A stretch of 64,000 bases of DNA from Lytechinus pictus (lineage: Eukaryota). Below are positions 26,092 to 38,971 of this stretch, piece after piece. Positions within the stretch are counted from its first letter, which is position 1. Each line of letters opens with the position of its first letter. A program made the position numbers and the translations under genes. The notes under the pieces were generated by a model, which was not told the DNA's origin, made no database searches, and saw only the letters and a program-made list of their open reading frames with translations. The stretch is from NCBI RefSeq assembly GCF_037042905.1, contig NC_087245.1, positions 18,292,001 through 18,356,000 of the forward strand, written 5' to 3'.

Positions 26092-29022
26092 GCCATTTTA
26101 AAGGACAAGTCCACATCAACGGAAAGTTGATTTGAAGAAAGAGAGAACTTAAATTCAACGAGCATAGCATTGAAAATTTCATCAAAATCGGCTGTAAAAT
26201 AAGAAAGTTGCGACATTTTAGAGTTTTGCTTAACTTGACCAAACAGTTATATGAACATATTAGTCGGTATGCAAATGAGGTGACTGATGACGCCATCCAC
26301 TCACTATTTCTTTTGTATTTTATATGAATATGATATATTTTTATTTTTATTTTGATGACTAAGCATCACTCATTACGCTCCTCTTCACAATCTACCACAA
26401 GGTGCCCTTGTTTTCCCCTAGATAATTCCATTCAATCCATTGATGATTCAACGTAAATCCTCTAACCTAGCGCATTACTTTACTTTGATTTTCTGAGGAA
26501 TGTCAATCAAGAAGGTGCTAGCTTAGGTTGAAATTGAGACACTCATTTTTCGTAATAAATGTATGAAAATTCATATCGTTTCGTATCTCCTGATCGATTC
26601 TTTTGTTCTCATTTAACGCACAGGATGCATGCTAGCAGGTAGTGATCATTGTTCATATCTACAATTAATTTTTATTTTACTGTTTACGACAGTAGTGGAA
26701 TTTATTTTTTAGAGAAAGTGTAACTCACACTACCCATAAATACATGGGGAGGAGAGAGGAACCTCTCCCTTCTGAAACCACTCTATTTTAAATGATAGCT
26801 TGGCATGCGAGCACGGGAAATAATCTTTCCATGGAAGAAGTTTATTTCGTCATTGTTCATCATACAAATAAATGTTGTATATACCTATCGTACATACATA
26901 AATATTGAAACATTCATTTGGGCCATTTTTACTTGCAGACATTGCTCTCCAAACCTCATCGTCTTACCACGCCTTTGCCACCCAATACGTACAAAATGTA
27001 CCTATAACTTGCCCAATCCGCTTCCCTATTTATCCTATTACGATAAAGAACAGCAAGTGATTTGCAAGAAGCGTTATATCATCAGAATACAATAACACAA
27101 TAGACTTAAGCTCTATAAAATAAATATTTTTGATCACTTTAACTGCCCGATATGACTTATTCTGACATTTCGCTTGCCGACAAAAAACATTTCTATTTCA
27201 ATGAGCAAGCCTGAAGATCGACTGACAAAAATGTATTCTAAGAAATAAAAGAAAATGAACATATAAGTGAATAAAAATCTTACATTTCTGTATAATGTGG
27301 GGGAGTCGGAAATCTTTATTTGTTATTCTTCAACACCTTGCTTGAATAAAAGTGATCACTGATTGGTCCCCCACAATTGAGCTACTGAACTTTTAAGGGC
27401 AAGTGTAACGAGTGAGCGACAAACATAGGGATATTTAATGCTGAGAAAAATTTGAATTATGATTCACCTGGCGAAGTTTTGCTGAAATTTAAAAAAAGAG
27501 TACTTTATGCCTAAGCAGGGAATATGTGCAACAAGGAGGAAAGTCTCCTCCATCTCGGAAGCATACAACTGCTCCTAGACTGGAGACGAGTTTTTGTTTT
27601 TAAATTCTATATCCCTGCTCGCTTTAGCATAACGAAGCAAAGTACTTGCAAGAAATAAATATTAATCATAGTGACGGCTACGAAACAATTTTAAGTTGTA
27701 CACGTAAAAGAGAACGTACGCGCACAAAGTAAATTTTTTGATGTATGTTTAAAGTTATTTTTAAGAGAATTGGTAAAAAAGGAAACATTTTGACCGTTGC
27801 GATCATGGGGAAAACATACATTGTAAAACTGAAAAGGGGTCCACTTGGGGAAGGGACATGTCCCGTAACCCCCCCCCCCCCCGCGTAGTCACGGTGTATT
27901 GTCTATACTGGGCATTATGTTTAACATATAATAATATTATTTCACATTTTGTTTAAGAACAATATTCGGCCCTGAATAATATATACACAGGTCAGACTTA
28001 ATTGCAGGATATATCATATTCAGGGCCTATCATAGTTATTTCACAAAAATGTAAATTAATATCCATATATTTCATACTTAATGCACATTCTTTTCCAACT
28101 TAAATTTTATGTTTGATTTCACATACACGCAAATTAATCTACCCGTTTTGATCTGGATCGAAGCGTATATTTATTAACAAATCAACAGCTCTTTTCTTTC
28201 GAAATGCGAATTTCACCTCGGATCGACCGAAATCAACGAATAGATTCCTTGCTGTGTGTAAGGAAAAGACAATTTTCGACTAATTCAATCACAAGAGAAT
28301 ATAGTCAAATCTGTTTATCACTAAGCTCCATATATTTTTCAAAAAATGTTTTAGTCATATTTTACACCGCTGGGAGATCAAACTGGTTTCATGTTAAGCC
28401 ACTAATTCCATATTTCCCGTTCTCGAAGAAAGTATATTGCAAATCTCTTTGTTCTCACAATTTATTCATCCTCACCTTGGCTTGAACGAGTTCTTTGTAT
28501 TTTTGTTGGTCATATGTTTAGCCGATTAACTAAATGGCATCATCAAAACAATTTAAACACATACCTGCCTTGTTTTCTACAAGCGCATTAAGCAATTAGT
28601 GTCCTTTTAATATCGAACCAAAGTTCATTAATTCAAAATAATTTATGGCCCTATCTCACTATCAATAATTACAGGGAAATCGAATTAGAAATATAAAATT
28701 AACAATCCGTTGCATGCATGCAGAGCTGCAATACCTTTATACTATACCCTTATTTTTGTACTAGATAACTGTAGTTATGAGGGACGTTTTTTTTTTAAGT
28801 TAAACATGCTAAACCGATCTTCGATTGAAATTGGTGGTATTAGCATTGCAATGAATTTCGACTGATTCACGTTTACATTTCATATAACCTTTCCACAATC
28901 AGAATAACATCCATAATATACGATTTCAAGTCGAACTATATTTCTTTCCACAATTCATTCTATAGGGTATATATATTTTGTGTTTGATCGGCTTCTGCCG
29001 TGACGCTTGATATACTAATCAC

Positions 29023-29365
29023 AGCGTCGTGGTGCAGCGGTTCTGACTCTCGCCTTGTAACCAGAGGGTCGTGTGTTCGAATAGAACCATGGCCTAGCGT
29101 CCTTTGGCAAGGCGTCTATCCACACTTTGCCACTCTCCACCCAGGTGTTAAATGGGTACTTGGTAGGATGCGAAAGCCTATGTAGTATGCCTAGCAATTG
29201 AGTCATGGAACTCTTGTTGGAATGCTCCTCAGGTATTGGAGAAGGGAAAATCCATACGCTGTATGCGGGCATGCACGGATCCGATGACAGGGGTAATCTG
29301 TAAAACGCTTAGAGACGTAGTTCCGATGGATTAAGCGCTATATAAAAACGGCATTATCATTATTA
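29023..29365 (+). mobile_element. tRNA-derived SINE
   Basis: A box TGGTGCAGCGG and B box GTTCGAAT. Central CCTTTGGCAAGGC...CTCCACCCAGGTGTTAAATGGGTAC domain, then an L2-like tail (AAGCGCTATATAAA) with ATT repeats. Confidence 0.85.
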
Positions 29366-29837
29366 ACTTCACATCAAATTTTATTAGATTCCTCTCAATT
29401 TTTTCTAGAACTCTTTTCTCCTTTCTTTCTTATTTAAGCCAACTTAATATCGGATTGACTGTTCCCTTTAACACAGGACAAGGACCTGAATTAGCACCAC
29501 ACTGAGCCGTGGTCAGTAGATGGAAATGGTTAATCAACCAGAGATTTGGAATTGACGTAATAGAAGAAAGTCTTATGCCTGAGACATCCGTTCTTCTGGA
29601 GAATCAAATCTTGCTTATTGAGTAAGTATGATTTTAATATTACGACATGAGTTTAAGGGATGATAGAGCCATTCAAGATGGAATCAATTAATTACTTCTT
29701 TTAATCCCCTCTCTGAAAAAAAAGGAAATCCACCCAGTGTGATCTCGTAGTACAAGATTCGAAGAACTAATAAATGCTTTTCGGATGTTCGACAAACTGA
29801 TATTCTCTTTGTTTAATGCTTAAAAGAATCAAATTAA

Positions 29838-30425
29838 ACGATAATTCCGCCCTAAAAAGAGTTGATTGGAATAAAATGAGAAAAATCCAACTAACACAAC
29901 ACTGAAAATTTCACTAAAAACGGATGTAAAATAAGAAAGTTATGATATTTTTTAGCTTCGCTTAATTTCACAAAATAGTTATATGCACATCCCATTTGGT
30001 ATACGATTGAGGGAACTGATGACATTACTCACTATTTTTGTATATTATTATATAAAATATTCTAATTTTCTCATTGTCCTGGGAAACAAAGATTCATTTC
30101 GCCCTGAACATGTACATGATGTAGAATTACAATTGTTTAACATTTTATGGTTCAGTCAAGTTGGTCCTTATTATCAAATCTGTAAAAATTGAAATATTGT
30201 ATCATTCAAACAATATAAAAAATTGTGATTGAGTGAAATCACCGATTCTCTCATTTGTATGTGACTAAATTGTGCATATAACTATTTTGTGAAAACTAAG
30301 CGAAACTTTAAAATGTCATAACTTTCTTATTTTACATCCGCTTTTGATGAAATGTTCAGCGTTATGCTAGTTGGATTTTTTTTCTGTTGACTCAAATCAG
30401 CATTTTTCTGAGGTGGACTTGACCT
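29838..30425. mobile_element. TTAA-type MITE (Kolobok-like), diverged full copy
   Basis: Inverted arms CGGATGTAAAATAAGAAAGTTATGA / TCATAACTTTCTTATTTTACATCCG. Related fragments at ~4685-4757, ~14190-14400, 20935-21215, 26102-26350 and ~44901-45446. Confidence 0.75.
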
Positions 30426-30981
30426 TTGAGGTAGTGAGAGCCGCATTATCAGTATGAAATCAAATAAGAATGATTAATGAAATAGCATTTAGTGAACAAG
30501 GGTAGGATATGGACAAACTCGACTGAATCAACTTATGGAAAAGGGGTCACTGTCCTCAGAATATGTGGATCTAAGATAAAATGTGTATGTCTTTAGAAAG
30601 TTGAAATCAATCTTTCATTAACAGTTGAAAAGATCTTATAATGTACAGTGTAATTTATTTTTTTCAGACTATCACACTTTTTTCCGAGTCCGATCTCTTG
30701 TTAAACTAAAGTTTCCTAATAATGTCAGAATATAATACTGACGTTATTCAAAAACATGGCGATGCTCTATACCTAGCCATACCCCAGTATGGAGTTCCCT
30801 TGGAGTTACCTTATAGTCCAAAAGTTGGATGGTGTGCAGTAGGCAGAATTCGCAGAAACATCTGGGATTTGAACCCTAAACTCTGGGTAAGGTAATAGAG
30901 GAGGACTAACCACGAAATAATATCACCTGTGACCTACTTGCACACATGCACCTTTTTTCCCACCGAACAGTAGGTGACCTG

Positions 30982-32909
30982 GGGCCCATTTCATAAAGAG
31001 TTGCTATCATAGCAAGTAGAATAGCAGCTTTTACTTGCTATGCTAGCAACTTTGCATTTCATAAAAGCACATTCGCTGGAAAGTCAGCTTGACTTTCCAG
31101 CTATTTATTTGAATAGTCATGTACGAGGCTGATTAGGGGGAAATCCCCTTTCTCTCCAGTTTTTTGTTTTCAATTCAAGTCATAAGTTTTGGTAGAAAGC
31201 ACTGGCGGATCCAGGGGGGGGGGGCACAGCCGGCCCGTGCCCCCCCCCCCCCCCCCACCTTTGAGAAGCAAAATTAGAAGAAGAAAAATTGAAAGAGAAT
31301 ATTATTATTTTTTTGCTTATTAATTTTTTCGGGAGCGAAATTATTATTTAGCAGCTGCAAACAGGGTCTGCAGCATAAGACTAGCAGTTGAAGCAGAGTG
31401 ATGGCTCTATGGCGATAGTTTGCAATTCTAGAAGAGAGTAAGAAGAAAATATCTATTTGTCACAGGATGGCATAGCATTGTTTCTCCATTGTGTAAGTTT
31501 TCAGAGAATTGATTTCATTTAGCCCTATGCCAGGGAAAAAATTATTTAAAAAAGGGGGAAAATTTATTATTATTGCCGGTCGAAATTTCACCTTCAACAA
31601 ATTTTCTACCGTACAAGTTTAATCCCAGTCCCACACTTGACTATTTGTGTCGGTAATGCAAGGTTGTATCAACAACAAGGCAGGCGGCGGCCCACTGCTG
31701 GTGCAGTGCTGTATGATCACCCTAAAGCAAGTAAATTTGTAGGCTCTAATTATGCATGAAACATCGAAAATGACCTTAAAAGATTATTTTTGTTCAAAAT
31801 GGAAATGATTTTTAAGTTATCGGTTTCAACGGTGAATAACCATTCAGTAAATGGATTCAACAATGCCATCCATGGCCACAACTTTTTTTTTTTGAGAAAG
31901 TCAGAAACAGAAAAAAAAAGCAATCATTTTTTTATCGCATACATTCGTAATTCCGAAGCTTCATTATTCCGTAGGTTCGTTAGTCCGAAAACGAAGTGAG
32001 GTTCGTAATTCCGAAGGTTCGTTAATCCGAAAACGAAATGGTTAACGAACGTTATTTCGTTTTCGGACTAACGAACCTTATTTCGTTTTCGGATTAACTA
32101 ACCTTCGGAACAACGAACCTTATTTCGTTCTTGGATTAACGAACCTTCGGAACATCAAACCTTATTTCGTTTTCGGATTGTCGAACCTTCGGAATAACGC
32201 CACAAATGTTCGGATTAACGAACTCTTTTACGTTTTCAGATTAACGAACATCGAGGTATAGGCAATTTACGTGTTTCGGAATTACGAAGTGTAACCTTTT
32301 TTATGGCCTAGGGCTTTTTTAATTTAGGCCTTGCATTAAACACTTCCACATGATAGATCTACCTTCCTCTATTTTTTCCCACAAGAAAAAAAATCCTCTC
32401 AATTTTTTTTTTTTTAAGTCTGTCTATAACTTGCCTCCCTTTTTTTCCCTTTGCCTGCCCTGGGAAAGACTGAAAAATTTGCTGTTTCGGAGGAATTTTT
32501 AGAATTTTTTTTTTTGGGGGGGGTAGGTAGAACAAAAAAAAAGAAACAGCATTTCTACTAGAAAGCATTACATTAATATTTTCTTTATTAGCATTATCAC
32601 ATACATTGCTCTAAATATCTGTTCTCTTGTAAGAGCCCTTTGGGCATGCCTGAGCACAACGTACACCATTCTTAACAATGAAAAACCCTTTACAGTGTCA
32701 ACTTGACGCTCCCCCATGACCAGCGTCAAACCTATTTGACGCTCCAGTAACCATACTTGTCGCTCCAGTAAAAAGTTGACGCTCCTACTGGAGCGTCAAC
32801 TTTTTATGAAATGCGCTGTAGCGTCAAATATTTAATTTGACGCTGCAGGTGAAAATTTGACGCTGTTTTGGGACTTGACGCTGACGCTGTACCTTTATGA
32901 AATAGGCCC
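30982..32909. mobile_element. 1.9 kb non-autonomous Harbinger-like element with nested inserts
   Basis: 17-bp TIR GGGCC(C/T)ATTTCATAAAG; TSD CTG; subterminal TTGACGCT repeats at ~32700-32890. Confidence 0.8.
31936..32296. mobile_element. Fold-back MITE built from TTCGTTAATCCGAA-type repeats
   Basis: Repeats switch orientation at ~32045; flanked by 8-bp TTTTTTAT duplication. Superfamily uncertain. Confidence 0.7.
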
Positions 32910-35179
32910 CTGTTCTTATGACTGATAATGTTATGGGGTACATGGATGGTTGACAATGACTTATCATTTTTCTTTCGTGATATTAATGGGAAGACATATG
33001 GCAGTTAAGAGATGACTAACACCGTCTAGGTAATCAACGATAAAGGAATGCAGACCATGGACTGATTACAAGGTTGGTTGTTTTCTAAAGGTTACACTAA
33101 CATGTAATGCGTAGATTATAGGGAAGGGGGCTCAATCCAGCTGTATGTTTCAGATCATCCTATTGAAAGACAGGAAGAAAATTGGAAGACCACGCCCGTT
33201 TAGATCAATGGTGTATGATTATGTTTTGTACATGTATGATACTTTAATTGTCATTTAGATTTTGGAATTCCCAAACTGAAGTAGTTTTGTTCAGTCAAGA
33301 TAGTTCCCCCTATAGATCAATAAATGTGTAAATGTAATTGTTTATTCTCGTTTTGTTCTAATGGGTCGTTAAGCGTGCGAATTGAACCCCCCCCCCCTCA
33401 TTATGTAGCTCCACACTTAATGTGCTTTTAGAAGTTAATGTTAAATTCATAATGTTAAAACAAATCAAATCTGCGAAAACATTGGATAATACCAGGTTAG
33501 ATGCAGAGTGACTGTGTCATGAACATGGGTTCAATCACCGGCATAATGACCGTCTGTGTTCATAACTGGACGTTTTGCATTTAGATTGAATGACAAACGG
33601 GGCTGGGTGGTAGATTTTTTTTATAACGGTAGAGGGTATAGTTGCTACCATAGGTAAATGGAACAACGTTGTTGTATATTGTTTGTTTAAAATATAGTTA
33701 GCATAAACATATTACCTCATTAACCACAAATCATACTACGATTTTAACGTAGACGGTTCATATTTAGGTATTAAAAATTCGAACTTCGTATTGGATCGAT
33801 GTACAAATCCATTGCCTAAAAGATAAACGTGATATAAAATTTTTTTTCCATGTAACAACATTACAATGCCTGATGCGTTTTTGTTGCCCCAACCCCTATC
33901 CCGTATCATAACACTGATCAACGCCCCGAGCTCTATCATAAGCTACCTCATAAAGGGACAGGCAGAATTCATAGAAACTGAAACTTAGTGAAACCCATAA
34001 AAGGGGGAAAATATCATTAATGCTCACAATGATTGAGGAAAGTATAAATCAAGACAAAAAAATAAGATACGGAAATTTGTCTGTGTTATTGATATCACCA
34101 TGGACGTACATGATATCACTATCATATGGTTTTCCGAAGGGAGACACATAACACTAAATATCTGCAGATGAAGCTAGTTTGGATGTTTCAAGTCTCACGA
34201 GTCCTGTTGTGTCTACTTATTACCGGCTAAGCAATGGGATTCATGGTGTTAAAAGACTGCTTTTTGTTCCTACGAGTGTGAAAGGAAATTGTACAGTTTC
34301 ACTGACGTATGAAATGCTCGAGCTATGGCATCGAGGGAGTAAGAAAAAAATACAAAGATTGGCTAAAGTATAAATAATGCTTTTTATAGAGAAAAATTAT
34401 TTACATTTCACAATTAAACTAAAACATAGTATGTCGTTGTTTGTGATGACTTCCACAGAATCCATTCATCTGAAGCATTTCCTGACAGGGGTACTGCCCA
34501 TTCTCCATAAGAAAACAATGTTACGACATCAAGAGGTGAAAAAATTGATATTAAAATTTGCTGGCAGAAAATGCCGTCATCACTGAAAAAAAGCCAAAAT
34601 TAAATATTACTTTGATATGAATTGAGTTTCTGGAGATTTACGCTCGGTTAGTGAATCGTGCGATATAGTTCACGGATGGCACACAGACCGGGAAAGTATT
34701 TGAAAAACATATGTCGTGATTTCCTCAAATTTGGTACTTTCTCCGGCAAACTCTACTTTCCTATTGGGTTATGTGATCTGAAGTAGAATCGGTGCTGTGC
34801 TGGGCAAGAGCATTGTGTTTGCTGATAGTAATGACAATCATGACGATGAATGGTTTAGTGATAGGAAAAGAAGGTGCTTTCATTGGAATTGAAATGACCG
34901 AGATGCAGGTGTGGTTGAATTTGTTTACCATCTGCCATCATACGGCTTATTCGATCCAGTCCTTCCAAACAGTTCCTCATCAATCGAAGAGACTTTCACA
35001 AAATCATATTAAGTGTACTGTAGATGGTGTTTCTGACATTGTGATTTGTCTTTCAAATAGTAAAAATATAATGACCAATGTATGTCGGATTTGTCATAGG
35101 TTTATGGCATTTTTGCAATAACAGAATTTGTGTACGACACAAACAAAATAACATGAATCTTACAATGGAATATTTCAAT

Positions 35180-35422
35180 CACTGGCGGATCCAGGAGGAT
35201 GGGCGGGGGAGAGCAAAGCCGGCCCGTGCACCCCTTTTGAGAGGTGCAATTAAAATTTGTAATGTAAAAATGCCGTTAAAACAGAAGTTTGCCCACCCCC
35301 CCCCCCCCCCCTTGAAAGTAAAGACCCTTTTTTTCCATTTTTTTTTCTTTTTTTTTTGCATGTCAATTTTTTTGCTCGGGAAAATGTGCTTCCCTTTTGG
35401 AAAATCCTGGATCCGCCCCCTG
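35180..35422. mobile_element. hAT-like MITE
   Basis: CACTGGCGGATCCAGG...CCTGGATCCGCCCCCTG; near-perfect 8-bp TSD ATTTCAAT/ATTTTAAT. A related left end lies at ~31200. Confidence 0.75.
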
Positions 35423-36538
35423 ATTTTAATGTCTTTAAAAATGACATGAATTTTTGGCTATTCCTAGAATCGTAATCTGCTTACGTCATAACAGGTGTGG
35501 TCGCAGTACACCCAAAATGTATACCGACATCGACAGGACCTCTTCCAATTAATGTCTTCGTTTATTAATGGATAAATGAACGTGGGGTTATCTTGTCGTT
35601 TTATTAGCGAGATTTCGCAACGGGGACAGATTCTACAACACAATATATGTATTGAAAATGCCCGCCAAATCACAATAAACAGCTTAGAGGTCTTTGTCGA
35701 AAATTGATGATTCAGAGCTGACGAAAAATTGCAAATATGTCGTTTGTCCAGAGGCCAGGACGGCACTGCTTTTTTGATTCACCGATTTTCGACATTGGTT
35801 TCTTTGTCATGAAGGGGTTTTGACAATGGATTCTCTACGTTTCAGAAAGCGTATGCGTAATGGTTGCGATAACTCCCTAATACAATTTCACCACTATTGC
35901 TTTCTCAGCAAAGTTAAATAAAACACACCTATTCTTATATGGGTTGTTTTACGATAAGTGTTTACCCGTATTTTTCCTCATTTAATGTGTTTTAAGCAAG
36001 ATTATGTTCTTTTAAATCATGAAGAAAGAGGTCACCCACTTTTCAAACTTTTTTATTAGGTGTTCCGTCGATTGCTGAATTTGGACACTTTTGGAAAGAA
36101 ATCGATTTGAAAACCTTGGTAAATGAACAAAAAATTAGTGGATATGAGCAAAGTGAACATTCTAAGTTTTTTTTTCTTAAACAAGTGTTCTTTTAGAAAA
36201 AAAACATGATCAATTAATGTCTAACTATGCTTTAAAACAATAAATTCCTGGAGAACATTCAGGACAGAATCAGCACCCCATTAATCTTGGTTTATAATCA
36301 CACAAAAAAACATTTTTCATCTCTACCTTAATGGGTTTTCAGTCACATTTCCATGATTAATAATGGTAGCTATTATGCGCGATCCTAACATTTGGAAAAC
36401 GCTAAAATGCTAGATTTGGTCAATTTTGAGAATTAAACTTGTATTTCAATGTTTTTATTCTCTTGTAGGTTGCTTTAAAAATGTCAAATCGCTTACCATT
36501 GTAAATTGATATTACAATACATATCTGTATTGTATATA

Positions 36539-38297
36539 CACTGCGTATGAAGAAAAGTTTACATTTGAAAATAATCCCATCAAATAATAAGCCTATATTC
36601 GTAAGGCTTTTCCACATTTATACATTGGTACATGTCTCTTTAAGCGAATGACGAGGTAACTGAATAAAAATCTTTCCGCCGGAAAGATTTTTTGCATGAA
36701 CTTTTCAAAAGTGGTGCTCACTCAAGTTGAGTGAGCACCACTTTTGAAAAGTTCATGCAAAATGATTTTCGCAAAACTTGAACAGTTATATGGATAAAAG
36801 TAGACGTCAATCATGAAGAGCACACGGATTTTAGCTAGGAAGAATGATTTGAAGATAACTTTTACCGTTTCAATGTGTTTCCTTGCCCCAAAACTGCCTG
36901 CGAACGCCAATATACGCCCCTCCCACACACAGAGGACATCGTGATGATATTTGCTTTAGGCCTACACATAGCAGTGATGAGCATGAAATGGCTGAAGCTT
37001 GATTTTTGTCTCACCTGCATAGCAGAGTGAGACTATAGGCGCCGCTTTTCCGACGGCGGCGGCGGCGGCGTCAACACCAAATCTTAACCTGAGGTTAAGT
37101 TTTTGAAATGACAGCATAACTTAGAAAGTATATGGACCTAGTTCATGAAACTTGGCCATAAGGTTAATCAAGTATTACTGAACATCCTGCCTGAGTTTCA
37201 TGTCACATGACCAAGGTCAAAGGTCATTTAGGGTCAATGAACTTAGACCATGTTGGGGGAATCAACATCAAAATCTTAACCTAAGGTTAAGTTTTTGAAA
37301 TGTCATCATAACTTAGAAAATATATGGACCTAGTTCATGAAACTTATACATAAGGTTAATCAAGTATCACTGAACATGCTGCTTGAGTTTCACATCACAT
37401 GACCAAGGTCAAAGGTCATTTAGGGTCAATGAACTTTGGCCGAATTGGGGGTATCTGTTGAATTACCATCATAACTTTGAAAGTTTATGGATCTGATTCA
37501 TGAAACTTGGACATAATAGTAATCAAGTATTACTGAACATCCTGTGCAAGTTTCAGGTCACATGATCAAGGTCAAAGGTCATTTAGGGTCAATGAACTTT
37601 GGCCAAATTGGGGTATTTGTTGAATTACAGCCATAAATTTGAAAGTGTGTTGGTCTAGTACATAAAACTTGGACATAATAGTAATCAAGTATCACTGAAC
37701 ATCCTGTGCGAGTTTCAGGTCACATGATCAAGGTCAAAGGTCATGTAAGGTCAAAGAACTTTGGCCACGTTGGGGGTATTTGTTGAATTGCCATCATATC
37801 TCTATAAGTGTATTGGTCTAGTTCATAAAACGTGGAAATAAGAGTAACCAAGTATCACTGAACATCTTGTGCGAGTTATAGTAGTTTTCAAAATCAGCAC
37901 TGCTGCTATATTGAATCGCGTGATGCAGGTGAGACGGCCAGAGGCATTCCACTTGTTCTTCTGTCAATCATTGTCAAATTGTTGTGAAAAATGTGGAGAA
38001 AAAAGTATTAAAATGAATTGTATAGGAAATTGTAAACACACTTTAAATGATAAAATCGTATCGAACAAATTCTTTTTCTTTGACCCAGCGTGAAAATGAA
38101 CATTCCTGCACAAAAAGATTCCTGCGAGCTTTACAAAAATGGACAGTGCTCACTCAAGTGTTGCATTCTGTCAATATTTTTACTTTCATCTGATAGATAA
38201 GACCCAAAACCAATTATGTGAAAAATTATCCACATGTTGTATATTTTCAAATTCCCATGACTTTTTCAAAGTGTAAACTTTTCATTGATGTGCACTG
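36539..38297. mobile_element. Tc1/mariner-like non-autonomous element hosting a HINE
   Basis: Left end TA|CACTGCGTATGAAGAAAAGTTTACA matches the right end reverse complement TA|CAGTGCACATCAATGAAAAGTTTACA. Confidence 0.65.
37003..37957 (+). mobile_element. Helentron-associated interspersed element (HINE/DINE-like), complete
   Basis: T-run target; subTIR GTCTCACCTGCAT (37008-37020) pairs with ATGCAGGTGAGAC (37923-37935). Also a 5' internal inverted repeat, (GGC)n, tandem units of 192/163/162 bp, a 3' hairpin and a CTTGT end. Confidence 0.85.
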
Positions 38298-38757
38298 TAT
38301 ACAGTAAAAAAATAGAACATTGTTTAAGCCTGTCACTCTAACAACAAGTTGTTTAAACTTTTTTAATTGTTTAAACTTAATAAACAACTTGTTTTAAAAG
38401 AAACAGTTGTTTAAAAAGATTTAACAATAGTTAGAGTGGCTTGAACAACGTGCTTAAAATTTTAAACGTTTTTACAGTATATATATCATTTTATTTGTTT
38501 TCATTTTTTTCACTGTTTATTATTTACAAGAGAGTCGCCACAGGTTGTGTGTATTTATCTAATTTCCCTTACTCTCAAATATTTATATGTATATATATAT
38601 ATGTGTGTGTGTGTGTAATTCACAGAAAGCCCTTTAAATTACAAAACAGCACTGATATTAATCTCTAATACAATACGACAAAGACAAATCATTACTATAA
38701 AATATTGTTCCTTGCAGGAGACTAGTTTCCCTTTTCATTGTTTGAAATATCAACATT

Positions 38758-38889
38758 ATAAATACATTTTCTTTTCTTAGCAGAAGTATCCGATTAGCAT
38801 AACAATGCTTGCGTGAGGAGTGTCTGAATTCCTAAACGATTCGGAATTCACTGACCGAGTTCGACACAGCACAGTACGGACGTCTTATT
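38758..38889 (+). repeat. Split direct repeat A1 (132 bp)
   Basis: Identical by eye to A2 at 44291-44422. Confidence 0.95.
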
Positions 38890-38971
38890 TTCAACGCTTC
38901 TTCCACGTGTTAAACTCTATAGGCCTTATCGTAATAGATCTACGTTTGGATTCGATGTTAAATATAAAATA

